Sequence record: OR983334.1
Direction: 5' to 3' (one strand)
Origin: Escherichia phage 1-6bf
DNA length: 64,000 bases
A program made the translations under genes and the position numbers. The notes below the pieces were generated by a model that was given only the letters and a program-made list of their open reading frames with translations, made no database searches and was not told the DNA's origin. Positions 41,545 to 49,348 of this stretch are shown piece by piece. Each line of letters begins with the position of its first letter. Within the stretch, counting starts at the first letter, position 1.

Positions 41545-41743
41545 TCACTAGTGCCAGATTTGACAAACTAAATTCCTTTATAAACCAACCACTTAGTAAA
41601 TTTATTGAAAAAGATGGCAGTATTCTGGAACTATGGGTAATGCTCTGTATATAGACCCTTTGAAAATTTCTTAGAAAATAAGTTTACTAAATATAACTTA
41701 CTTAAATAATATTACTTTTAATCTCTGATAAAGGGTAAATAAT

Positions 41744-42040
41744 ATGACTTTAGAAGTATATAAATTCCTTTTTGTAAGCTGTTTAACTATCAGCGTTCTA
41801 GGATTTATTATTCTCAGAAACAAAGCAGCAAGCTGGGAGAGAATGTATAAATCCCTAGTTCGAGTGGATGAGATGTATAATGAGAAAGTTAAAGTAACAC
41901 TTAACGATCTTATTATGCAAGTAGAGGACAGAAACAAGCGTCTTCAGAACCTCAACAATGAAGTATTACGCCTTGCTCGTGCTAATGAAGACTTGCGAGT
42001 AGCTATTGCTAAGCAGCAGGAGATTAACAATGAAGCATGA
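41744..42040 (+). CDS. membrane protein with coiled-coil
   Basis: N-terminal TMD (FLFVSCLTISVLGFIIL) then heptad-like region. Confidence 0.5.
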   Translation: MTLEVYKFLFVSCLTISVLGFIILRNKAASWERMYKSLVRVDEMYNEKVKVTLNDLIMQVEDRNKRLQNLNNEVLRLARANEDLRVAIAKQQEINNEA

Positions 42041-42287
42041 TATTAATACAGCCCCTGTAGTCAAGCAGCTGAAAGATCTGAAGGTGGGAAGTGTTTTTGA
42101 AACTGTGCCACCTAAAAATAAATTATATCTTACAGTAAAGCTAGATTCCTCAACCGTTTATTCAGCTAGTTGGAAGTCTGATGAAAGGGTAGTAGTAGAT
42201 CTCACTTCGGATAGAATAACAATGTTGAGAAAAGATACTGTTGTTCAGGTAGTTGATAATGCTCGACTTACCAATAAGGTGGATTAA
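42030..42287 (+). CDS. small early protein, paralog family 1 (member A)
   Basis: shares MK ... L..G.VF ... Y ... TG pattern with 7 other ORFs; AGGAG RBS. Confidence 0.5.
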   Translation: MKHDINTAPVVKQLKDLKVGSVFETVPPKNKLYLTVKLDSSTVYSASWKSDERVVVDLTSDRITMLRKDTVVQVVDNARLTNKVD

Positions 42288-42289
42288 AG

Positions 42290-42526
42290 ATGAAAGTTAA
42301 TATTAAATCCGATCGTACAATGCTTCGCTTAAATAACATGAAGCCGGGGGTTCTGTTTGAGTCTAAAGGGTTCTTTTACATTAGAACTGACAGTCTATAC
42401 GCAGAAAATTATGTGAACTGTGTTGATGTGGTAACTGGAAAGCTCATTCCTATTAAACGAGATGAAGTCTGCCAAGTACGCAGTGATCTCCACATAACCA
42501 ATATAGAGGCTAAAGATGAAGATTAA
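42290..42526 (+). CDS. small early protein, paralog family 1 (member B)
   Basis: same family pattern (MKPGVLFESKGFFYIRTD). Confidence 0.5.
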   Translation: MKVNIKSDRTMLRLNNMKPGVLFESKGFFYIRTDSLYAENYVNCVDVVTGKLIPIKRDEVCQVRSDLHITNIEAKDED

Positions 42527-42773
42527 TCTTGAAGTAAAGGAACCGTCTTTGTGTGTTGGTGATCTCAAACTTGGAGATGTATTCCAAATCAGGGAAACAC
42601 GAACAGATTTCTACATGGTTGTTCAGCTATTTACCCCACAGATTGAAGAGACCAAGCCTTCTGATGGTGGTTGTGTCGTCCTCAGTCTGACAAATAAGCA
42701 AGTCCTTAAGCTTAGATCGAAAAGCAAGGTTGTTCTTCTTCATGATGTTATTATTACCAACAAGGGTAAGTAG
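42516..42773 (+). CDS. small early protein, paralog family 1 (member C)
   Basis: same family pattern (LKLGDVFQIRETRTDFYMVV). Confidence 0.5.
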   Translation: MKINLEVKEPSLCVGDLKLGDVFQIRETRTDFYMVVQLFTPQIEETKPSDGGCVVLSLTNKQVLKLRSKSKVVLLHDVIITNKGK

Positions 42774-42992
42774 ATGGAAATTAAAGTAGTTGAGACTCCT
42801 AAATATGCAAATGTGGAAGATCTTAAAGGGGGAGATGTTTTCTCTTATGATCAAAAATTCTGGCTGATGCTAGATGATGATCTCTCTAATGGACTACGCA
42901 GGGCTGCCAATCTAAGCACTGGTTATGTTGGTAATTTCAATCCATCAACCACTGTTATGCCTCGCCCTGATTTGTATTTGACTCAAAAGTAA
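42774..42992 (+). CDS. small early protein, paralog family 1 (member D)
   Basis: same family pattern (LKGGDVFSYDQKFWLML). Confidence 0.5.
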   Translation: MEIKVVETPKYANVEDLKGGDVFSYDQKFWLMLDDDLSNGLRRAANLSTGYVGNFNPSTTVMPRPDLYLTQK

Positions 42993-43003
42993 CACCGACT
43001 TAT

Positions 43004-43120
43004 AGCCCTTGTGTTTATCAGAGGGCTATGTGAGGGTGTTCCTCATTAACTTATTAATTCAGGCATATGCCACACCGCTAGGGAGAGCTTGCTCGAACAT
43101 CCGGTGCTAGACTAAAACCT
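43004..43120 (+). repeat. conserved intergenic element, copy 1 (hairpin + GCTAGGGAGAG ... CTCGAACATCCG)
   Basis: TATAGCCCTT-loop-AGGGCTATGTGAG hairpin then GCTAGGGAGAG-N-CTCGAACATCCG; second copy at 48962-49095. Confidence 0.4.
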
Positions 43121-43350
43121 GTTAATTTTCGAAAGACTTTCTGATATGTAGGGGTACGTATTAGTTTGGGATTCAGGAGACTTCCTAGGGGTAGGGAGTC
43201 TTCACCAGTTGGAATAAGAGATAGCTCTAGAACCTGAACTCTTAGGCAGAGAAGGTCGGCAATGAGTACGCGGTCAGGATTAGTCTACTGACTAGGGCTA
43301 TTCCTTATATCAACTGGCAATAATGCCTCCACTAACAAAGAGAGATAGGT

Positions 43351-43491
43351 ATGAAAGTATCAACCAAACGTATGAACCGCCCTGAACGTATGGATGCAGT
43401 AGCTAACGGTGCTCTGAAACTGGAAGGCTTTTGGATTCATGCAATGTCAGCCATTCGTAACAAGCAAGGTGGTTGGACGTATAACAGTTAA
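43351..43491 (+). CDS. small hypothetical protein
   Basis: 46-codon ORF followed immediately by a strong terminator. Confidence 0.3.
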   Translation: MKVSTKRMNRPERMDAVANGALKLEGFWIHAMSAIRNKQGGWTYNS

Positions 43492-43500
43492 TAAATAAAA

Positions 43501-43529
43501 GGCTGCCTTCGGGCGGCCTTTGTTGTTTT
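43501..43529 (+). terminator. rho-independent terminator
   Basis: GGCTGCC-TTCG-GGCGGCC + TTTGTTGTTTT. Confidence 0.6.
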
Positions 43530-43572
43530 AATTAAGGGACAACTCTTACTTAAACTAACAAGAGGTGCTTAT

Positions 43573-43917
43573 ATGAGACGCATGGTTAAAGATTGGGTCA
43601 CTAAATCAGGTCTTCGTGCTGTGATTATGCACATGAACGACTCCCATTTTTGTGGATATGTAGAGCTACCAGACAGCTTAAAACATAAAAACTTCACCGG
43701 ATATAACGGAAAGGAAAAGGTTTGTTATGTAAGTGTTCATGGTGGTGTCACATGGCAAGACACCCTTGAAGAGATGGGTGGTTTAAATACAATCGGATTT
43801 GATTGTGCCCATGCAGGTGATAAGACACGGTTCAACCCTAACGGGGTTCCAAGAACAGAAGCTTTCTGCATCAACGAATGCGAACAAATGGCTGAACAAC
43901 TGAGAGATCTTGAATAA
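43573..43917 (+). CDS. hypothetical protein
   Basis: 114 aa, AGAGG RBS. Confidence 0.5.
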   Translation: MRRMVKDWVTKSGLRAVIMHMNDSHFCGYVELPDSLKHKNFTGYNGKEKVCYVSVHGGVTWQDTLEEMGGLNTIGFDCAHAGDKTRFNPNGVPRTEAFCINECEQMAEQLRDLE

Positions 43918-43918
43918 A

Positions 43919-44095
43919 ATGTCTAAGCAAACAATAAAACATACGCAAGCTGGTTACTCTTATGTCAACTCCCCTTGCTGCGGTGCTCGTATTAATCTGG
44001 TTAAGGAAGAGGTTCGTATCGTTCAGCGTGGCGCTACTGTTGTTCGTTCATGCTGTGTCTGTGGTAATGATATTTTTATCAAAGGTAAAGTATGA
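43919..44095 (+). CDS. small zinc-ribbon protein
   Basis: CC-GARINL ... CCVCG four-Cys pattern. Confidence 0.4.
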   Translation: MSKQTIKHTQAGYSYVNSPCCGARINLVKEEVRIVQRGATVVRSCCVCGNDIFIKGKV

Positions 44096-44343
44096 AAAAC
44101 TTTCAAGCTGCACCAATCACTAAAGTGATCGAAGTTGACGGTGTGATGATGACTGTTCCTCTGAACACTCGTTACATTGCAATTGACAAGATGGGTTATG
44201 TATGGGCTTGGAAGATTAAGCCTAGCTATAACGCATTGTTTGATGAGTTTGTTTGCACTGGTACGTACAGTCCTACATTCTTGGGTTTGTTTAGTGAGTT
44301 TGATGGTCAGTATAAAATCATCACTCTCCCTGCTTGTGCTTGA
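44092..44343 (+). CDS. hypothetical protein
   Basis: 83-aa ORF with ATGA overlap. Confidence 0.45.
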   Translation: MKNFQAAPITKVIEVDGVMMTVPLNTRYIAIDKMGYVWAWKIKPSYNALFDEFVCTGTYSPTFLGLFSEFDGQYKIITLPACA

Positions 44344-44350
44344 GGTTAAT

Positions 44351-44512
44351 ATGTTCAAGTGGCTAAAGCGTGTCTTTCATTGTCATGATTGGAAGATTAT
44401 TAATACTCGCCCTCTGGTCTATACAGATTCAGATGGGAATAACGACAAGGGCACACGTTACGTTATTCAGTGTAAGGTGTGTGGTGATGTTAGTCATCGT
44501 GATGTAATCTAA
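44351..44512 (+). CDS. small His/Cys protein, paralog family 2 (member 1)
   Basis: MFKWLKRVFHCHDW ... CKVCG; two similar ORFs follow in tandem. Confidence 0.4.
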   Translation: MFKWLKRVFHCHDWKIINTRPLVYTDSDGNNDKGTRYVIQCKVCGDVSHRDVI

Positions 44513-44521
44513 GGAATCATT

Positions 44522-44686
44522 ATGATCAAATGGTTCAAACGCTTCTTTCATTTCCATGAGTGGGAAGATCTTCATACTTATGAACTGACGATCACAAATA
44601 AACTTACTGACAGAGAGCGACAAGGGTTGCGTATCTACTCTCGCTGTAAAGTGTGTGGTCTGCACAAGAAAACAGATCTGATCTAA
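44522..44686 (+). CDS. small His/Cys protein, paralog family 2 (member 2)
   Basis: MIKWFKRFFHFHEW ... CKVCG. Confidence 0.4.
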   Translation: MIKWFKRFFHFHEWEDLHTYELTITNKLTDRERQGLRIYSRCKVCGLHKKTDLI

Positions 44687-44694
44687 GGGGTGTT

Positions 44695-44904
44695 ATGTTC
44701 TTTCGTAAGAAAAAGCCCGAAGATTCTGGATGTAAACACGAGTGGGTGATCACTGAGAACCTACATATCACCCACGCTAAAGACACTCCGGTCGAGAGAA
44801 AAGAATCTCGTGTATCTCGTATCTGTAAACACTGTTTGAAAATAGAACAGCATAAAGTTCCCGGTCATATTGGTCACGATGTAGCCATTCGTATCTTTAG
44901 TTAA
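44695..44904 (+). CDS. small His/Cys protein, paralog family 2 (member 3)
   Basis: CKHEW ... ICKHC, same spacing of H/C residues. Confidence 0.4.
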   Translation: MFFRKKKPEDSGCKHEWVITENLHITHAKDTPVERKESRVSRICKHCLKIEQHKVPGHIGHDVAIRIFS

Positions 44905-44927
44905 ACAAATCTAGCACCCTTAGCTCA

Positions 44928-45368
44928 ATGGAGGTGGTATTGAAAATAGAGTTGGAATACCCCTTCATCAATGACTGGAGGTTGGGGTATTTAAGGACAA
45001 GTAAGGATGGGAGGAGGCGTGTTGACCTATTCAATTCTAACACAGATAGGACTACGATCTCTTATGCAAGGTATTTAATGTCTTGCCATGTAGGGAGGTA
45101 TCTTACTGCGGAGGAAGAGGTAGATCATGTTGATCAAAATCCAACCAATGATGAGATATCTAACCTTCAGATTCTAAGCACAAATGATCACCTAAAGAAG
45201 ACCTTAGAGAACAGACCTAAGGGTGTGGTCATTACTTTGATTTGTAGTAATTGTGGCACATCTTTTGAGAGAAGGGGTAACAAGGTCCACAAAGAAAACC
45301 AAAACCATTTTTGTAGTAGGTCTTGCAACGGTAAGTATTACTGGAGCAAGGGTTTCAATAATAAATAA
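44928..45368 (+). CDS. HNH homing endonuclease
   Basis: SYARYLM ... HVGRYLTAEEEVDHVDQNPTNDEISNLQIL plus C-terminal zinc finger; abuts tRNA-like element. Confidence 0.7.
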   Translation: MEVVLKIELEYPFINDWRLGYLRTSKDGRRRVDLFNSNTDRTTISYARYLMSCHVGRYLTAEEEVDHVDQNPTNDEISNLQILSTNDHLKKTLENRPKGVVITLICSNCGTSFERRGNKVHKENQNHFCSRSCNGKYYWSKGFNNK

Positions 45369-45379
45369 GAGCTTCTAGC

Positions 45380-45458
45380 GAGGATGTATCTTCCCCGCCT
45401 TCTAAGCGGTCGTTAAAGAAGTAATTGGAGTATGCAGGTTCGAACCCTGTCATCCTCG
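45380..45458 (+). tRNA. tRNA-like element (possible tRNA-Arg UCU; cloverleaf not fully resolved by hand)
   Basis: perfect 7-bp acceptor stem (GAGGATG/CATCCTC), T-arm GCAGG-TTCGAAC-CCTGT, hairpin with loop CTTCTAA; D-arm non-canonical in my fold; no encoded CCA. Confidence 0.35.
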
Positions 45459-45481
45459 CTAGAGGCTCTTGGAGGTGTGTT

Positions 45482-45763
45482 ATGTCATGGGGTGGTGTAA
45501 TATCCTTAATCTGTATCTTCCTTGTCTGCATAGCCCTTACAGGCTGCGTACAGAGCCGTCCTGATGGATGGTGTGCAGTAGCAGTGGAAGGTGTTTGTGT
45601 TTCTCGCTGGCACAAAGGTGAGAAGGTTCCTTCTGGTGAAATTGATATGCGTTACAGTGGTATCTCATGCCTGAACGGTGCAGCAGTAGATGAGGAAACT
45701 AAAACCTTGTCAGATGCACAGTGGTGTGGTGGTTCTGTAACAACAACCGGTAAGGAGTGGTAA
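45482..45763 (+). CDS. lipoprotein (superinfection-exclusion candidate)
   Basis: GGAGG RBS; signal peptide MSWGGVISLICIFLVCIALTGC with lipobox LTGC; Cys-rich mature part. Confidence 0.55.
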   Translation: MSWGGVISLICIFLVCIALTGCVQSRPDGWCAVAVEGVCVSRWHKGEKVPSGEIDMRYSGISCLNGAAVDEETKTLSDAQWCGGSVTTTGKEW

Positions 45764-45764
45764 T

Positions 45765-46013
45765 ATGACAGCTCATTATTGGAATACAAAGAAGCTTCTT
45801 GAAGAGATGGCTGGAGGTAGTAGGGTACAGCTAATCTCCATGCTTCGAATGGATGCTCGCTCCTTACGCTTCCAAGTAAAGATTGGTAACTTCAGTGATG
45901 GCCTTTATTACACGCTGAAGGAAAGGATCAAGAAGACTCACTTCATCATGTACGGAATCAAACCGAGAACGTACGTTAACTACATGTATTGGAATACATG
46001 CTACGATAATTGA
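45765..46013 (+). CDS. hypothetical protein
   Basis: AAGGAG RBS. Confidence 0.5.
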   Translation: MTAHYWNTKKLLEEMAGGSRVQLISMLRMDARSLRFQVKIGNFSDGLYYTLKERIKKTHFIMYGIKPRTYVNYMYWNTCYDN

Positions 46014-46020
46014 GGTTATT

Positions 46021-46242
46021 ATGAAACTAGACTCTAAGCAGTCACTTAAAACCGCTGAACTGTCCACGCTGCCAAACGGAAGTATCTTTGGTCATGATAA
46101 ACACTTCTGGATTAAAACAGACATCATAGACGATGGGTATATTACCTGTGTCAACCTTTGGAATGGTTCAGTGGATGGTTATCGCCCTAGCGCAAAGGTA
46201 GTCCCTCAGCCCGATGCAAAGGCTATAGGTTTAGTTTACTAA
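46021..46242 (+). CDS. small early protein, paralog family 1 (member E)
   Basis: LPNGSIFGHDKHFWIKTD family pattern. Confidence 0.5.
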   Translation: MKLDSKQSLKTAELSTLPNGSIFGHDKHFWIKTDIIDDGYITCVNLWNGSVDGYRPSAKVVPQPDAKAIGLVY

Positions 46243-46251
46243 GGAGCCTGT

Positions 46252-46425
46252 ATGAGTTGTTTTGGTGGCGGTGAAGTAGATGACGATGATGACATGGAAT
46301 CAAACGGCACATGTCCTGATTGTGGGTGTGAGACATGGGATGGGGTTTCTGTCTACCCTGCCTGTAGTTATTCACCAGTAATTTGTAAAACATGCGGTGA
46401 TCAGCCGTGTGACCAGTCTTGCTAA
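46252..46425 (+). CDS. small Cys-rich protein
   Basis: 57 codons, AAGGAG RBS, 9 Cys (CPDCGC ... CKTCGDQPCDQSC). Confidence 0.4.
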   Translation: MSCFGGGEVDDDDDMESNGTCPDCGCETWDGVSVYPACSYSPVICKTCGDQPCDQSC

Positions 46426-47040
46426 GAGAATATTATGACTGAAGAATTTTTAAAGTGGTTTGGTGATACCTTCAAAGAGTATCTATTCTCTCCAGAAGAC
46501 TTTGAAGAACTGAAAACCTACACTTGGTTGGCTTGGAGAGATAGCCGACGAGAGATGAATAAGTAATATCGTGAAGGATTCTTACGAGAGTCCTTTGAGA
46601 TAGGACTTCAGATCTCCTATCAAACTAACATTCATGTAACTAGCCCATAAGGGCGTTACCCTTTAATAACCCAGCCCACTAAGGGGGCGGGAGTTTAGTG
46701 CTGGATTAGCATAACGCTTATTCCTACAAAGGCAACCGATTGTTAGATCTTACATGCAATACTAATTAATAGGATAAGGGAGGATTCGTCCCCTCCCCCT
46801 ATTTATAAATTATCAGGAGAGTACTCTAGCTGATTAGCTGTAGAAGGGAGGCCGATATCTACGGCGTGGCCCAGAGCTAGTGTACTCTCCTGATGAGGCA
46901 CCTCCTCATCGTGGTAAGCTGTGGAATAATCTTTACAGCAGTTACTTGAAGTAGCCTGTACGGCCCTCAGCAAAGAGTCCGGACGATATCTGAGTGACTT
47001 TAAAAACAGATGGAGCCAGGTGGAATCCCTGGCAATTAGT

Positions 47041-47186
47041 TACAGGTATAGCTTATGAGGCTCACTAATGCAGAGCCTACGGTAAAGCAGTCGCCCGTGG
47101 TCAAATGACCGTATGCCCATTGGATGCATTCCTTTGGTGATGGCTAGGGAGTCCGAGCGTAGGTTCGAATCCTACACCTGTAACCA
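47041..47186 (+). tRNA. tRNA-like element with encoded CCA (146 nt between acceptor halves; intron, long insert or tRNA-like RNA)
   Basis: T-arm GTAGG-TTCGAAT-CCTAC, acceptor 3' ACCTGTA + A + CCA; only perfect 5' partner TACAGGT lies at 47041. Confidence 0.35.
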
Positions 47187-47214
47187 AATCGAATAATATC
47201 TAATTGGAGGATGT

Positions 47215-47526
47215 ATGAAAGCACGAAGAACTATATGGACTCCGATGCAGATTGAAAATCTTCGGAGACTAATCAAAGAGTACTCGGTTAAAGAAGTTGC
47301 TCAGATTATGAATGTAACGGAGAATGCAGTTAATACAGCTTGCACTAAATTCGGAATATCAAGAGCTTCAATCCGAGTTAAATGGTCTGAAGAAGAAGAC
47401 CAGTTCCTTATCCGTAATGCTGGGTTCATGTCTATTCAGAGAATGGCTGACATGCTCGGTAGAAGCTATGCTGCTGTACAGAACAGGGCATGTATGCACC
47501 TTAATATTAGCCTCAAACTTAAATAG
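47215..47526 (+). CDS. tandem helix-turn-helix DNA-binding protein
   Basis: GGAGG RBS; two similar units (W.P..IENLRRLI ... SVKEVAQIM and W.EEEDQFLI ... SIQRMADML). Confidence 0.5.
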   Translation: MKARRTIWTPMQIENLRRLIKEYSVKEVAQIMNVTENAVNTACTKFGISRASIRVKWSEEEDQFLIRNAGFMSIQRMADMLGRSYAAVQNRACMHLNISLKLK

Positions 47527-47534
47527 GAATCAAT

Positions 47535-47783
47535 ATGAAGATTACTCACAAGAAAGAAGAAGTGACCACGGTTGATATCAACTCCCTTCCCAGCGGAGCA
47601 GTATTTAAATTCCCTGAGAGTGCTACTCTCTATGTTAAAGGGTCTGTGTCTGAAAGTCCTAATGTAACCGTTAACTCTGATCGAGCAATTACCCTTCGTT
47701 TATCCGATGGTAACGTAACAGCACCTTCTATCTGGTGCCGAGTTGTTCCTGTGTCAGCAGAACTTTTGGTGGATAACACATAA
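47535..47783 (+). CDS. small early protein, paralog family 1 (member F)
   Basis: LPSGAVFKFPESATLYV family pattern. Confidence 0.5.
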   Translation: MKITHKKEEVTTVDINSLPSGAVFKFPESATLYVKGSVSESPNVTVNSDRAITLRLSDGNVTAPSIWCRVVPVSAELLVDNT

Positions 47784-48028
47784 TGAAGATCCTTCCCAAG
47801 ATTAAAGATAAAACTGTTTCACTGGATACAATTATTCCCGGAAACCCTTTCGTAATCCAACAAGGTTTAGCATCGCCTCAGTATTATATGCGAGTTACCA
47901 ATGTATCCAATAAGATCTCTGTCGAAGAAGGTTGGATTACTACAGTTAATCTTATGACTGGTGTTCTGGGTGTTATGAAAAGTGATACTCAGGTTGAAAT
48001 GATTCGTATGTCAGTGGTTCAGGAGTAA
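47783..48028 (+). CDS. small early protein, paralog family 1 (member G)
   Basis: IPGNPFVIQQG ... YYMRV family pattern. Confidence 0.5.
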   Translation: MKILPKIKDKTVSLDTIIPGNPFVIQQGLASPQYYMRVTNVSNKISVEEGWITTVNLMTGVLGVMKSDTQVEMIRMSVVQE

Positions 48029-48030
48029 TT

Positions 48031-48279
48031 ATGAGCACTATTCATATTAAAGTTAAGAGCAAAGAGGAAACAGTCCTCCGTGTTAAAGATCTAAACATGT
48101 CAGATGTGTTCACTCTCCAAGAGTGCCATCTTCAAAAGATTTACATGCTGACAGCTAAGAGCATAGGTTGTCAACCTGCTGGAGCTGTTAACTTAGGAAC
48201 TGGAGAAGTTCGTCCTGTGTCTGGAGATATGGTTGTTGGTGAGAAGTTTATTAAGGCTGAGATTATTTTAACTTCATAG
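48031..48279 (+). CDS. small early protein, paralog family 1 (member H)
   Basis: LNMSDVFTLQECHLQKIYML family pattern. Confidence 0.5.
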   Translation: MSTIHIKVKSKEETVLRVKDLNMSDVFTLQECHLQKIYMLTAKSIGCQPAGAVNLGTGEVRPVSGDMVVGEKFIKAEIILTS

Positions 48280-48286
48280 GTGATCT

Positions 48287-48499
48287 ATGACTCAAGAAGA
48301 GAAAGATATACTCATCCAGAATGCATACCTACTGTTCTCCTCTGAGGAAGTATTGTTCAACCAACTTTCTAAGTTGTGGAAAGTGTCTGAGGAAGAAGCT
48401 AAAGAGAAGTTTTATTCTGACATAACAGAAGATTACAAATCTTTTCTTGGTGAGGTGCTGAGAGATCGGCATGTGTATCTAAGTAACTACGCCTGTTAA
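48287..48499 (+). CDS. hypothetical protein
   Basis: 70-aa ORF. Confidence 0.45.
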   Translation: MTQEEKDILIQNAYLLFSSEEVLFNQLSKLWKVSEEEAKEKFYSDITEDYKSFLGEVLRDRHVYLSNYAC

Positions 48500-48733
48500 T
48501 AGGAAAACAAATGAGACGTAAAGCATATTCTTATGACGATATGATTAACCAGAAAGGCTTCGGTCAACGACAGCCTGATGGTTCAATTATCTGGTTCGTA
48601 AATGGACAGAAAAAGGTAGCTAAATAAGCCTTCTTCTCTCCTCCTTTTAGTACTATGACGCCTCTCTGTGGGCGGCCCAATTTGCGTAGGGAATTCCCTC
48701 TACGCAGCCATGACTTTTTAAGGAATTTCCCCT

Positions 48734-48967
48734 ATGTCTAAAGTAAGCGCAATTGATGCAATCCGTCAACCATTCCAGTTCCAATCTAAATCAACCCAAA
48801 CCTTCAGTGAGCCTAAGCAAATTCGCTTGGGCGGCACAGAGAAGACTGTGTTTGATCTGGCTAAAAACAAGAGCGTTACTGTAGTTGAAGGTGGCACTCT
48901 GGTTAACGTTTCACACCGCATCCGCACTGGCAAGACTGCCAAAGACCGTGCTAAGAAAGGCGAGTAA
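48734..48967 (+). CDS. hypothetical protein
   Basis: AAGGA RBS; 77 aa. Confidence 0.5.
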   Translation: MSKVSAIDAIRQPFQFQSKSTQTFSEPKQIRLGGTEKTVFDLAKNKSVTVVEGGTLVNVSHRIRTGKTAKDRAKKGE

Positions 48968-49095
48968 CACCTATAGCCTTCTTCGGAGGGCTATGTGAGT
49001 TATTCTGACTCAACTAACCTAATCTTAATATATTTCCCGTATGGGGCCGATGCTAGGGAGAGGAACATTCCTCGAACATCCGTCGGATAGATATT
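48962..49095 (+). repeat. conserved intergenic element, copy 2
   Basis: TATAGCCTT-loop-GAGGGCTATGTGAG hairpin then GCTAGGGAGAG-N-CTCGAACATCCG, matching 43004-43120. Confidence 0.4.
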
Positions 49096-49149
49096 TTAAG
49101 AGCAGGTTATCCACAGATATTGGGTAATATCTTTTTGTATTTAAAGCTT

Positions 49150-49176
49150 GACTCTTTTCGGAGAGTCCTTTTTTAA
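49150..49176 (+). terminator. rho-independent terminator
   Basis: GACTCT-TTTCGG-AGAGTC + CTTTTTTAAA. Confidence 0.5.
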
Positions 49177-49195
49177 ATTCAACGAGAGGAAATAT

Positions 49196-49348
49196 GTCTA
49201 AATTAGATTTAAAACTGCTAGCAGCAGCGGTAGTGATTTGTGCACTAGCACTGGTAACGCAGAGAACATCTGGATTTATTCAGTGTTTCTTTTCTGGGCA
49301 ATCCACTTATCAGTGGGTTATTGACGAGTGTAAACAACAGGAGTAAGT
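49196..49348 (+). CDS. small membrane protein
   Basis: 50 codons, GAGAGG RBS, one TMD (LLAAAVVICALALV). Confidence 0.35.

Noticed and set aside
45380-45458. Amber-suppressor reading of the tRNA-like anticodon loop (CUA), which would explain the in-frame TAG before the amidotransferase Cys
   Set aside because: Shifting the loop register to give anticodon CUA destroys the anticodon stem pairing; the only consistent stem gives UCU.
45355-45615. ORF 45355-45615 on the - strand
   Set aside because: Overlaps the tRNA-like element and the RBS-supported lipoprotein gene on the + strand; no RBS.
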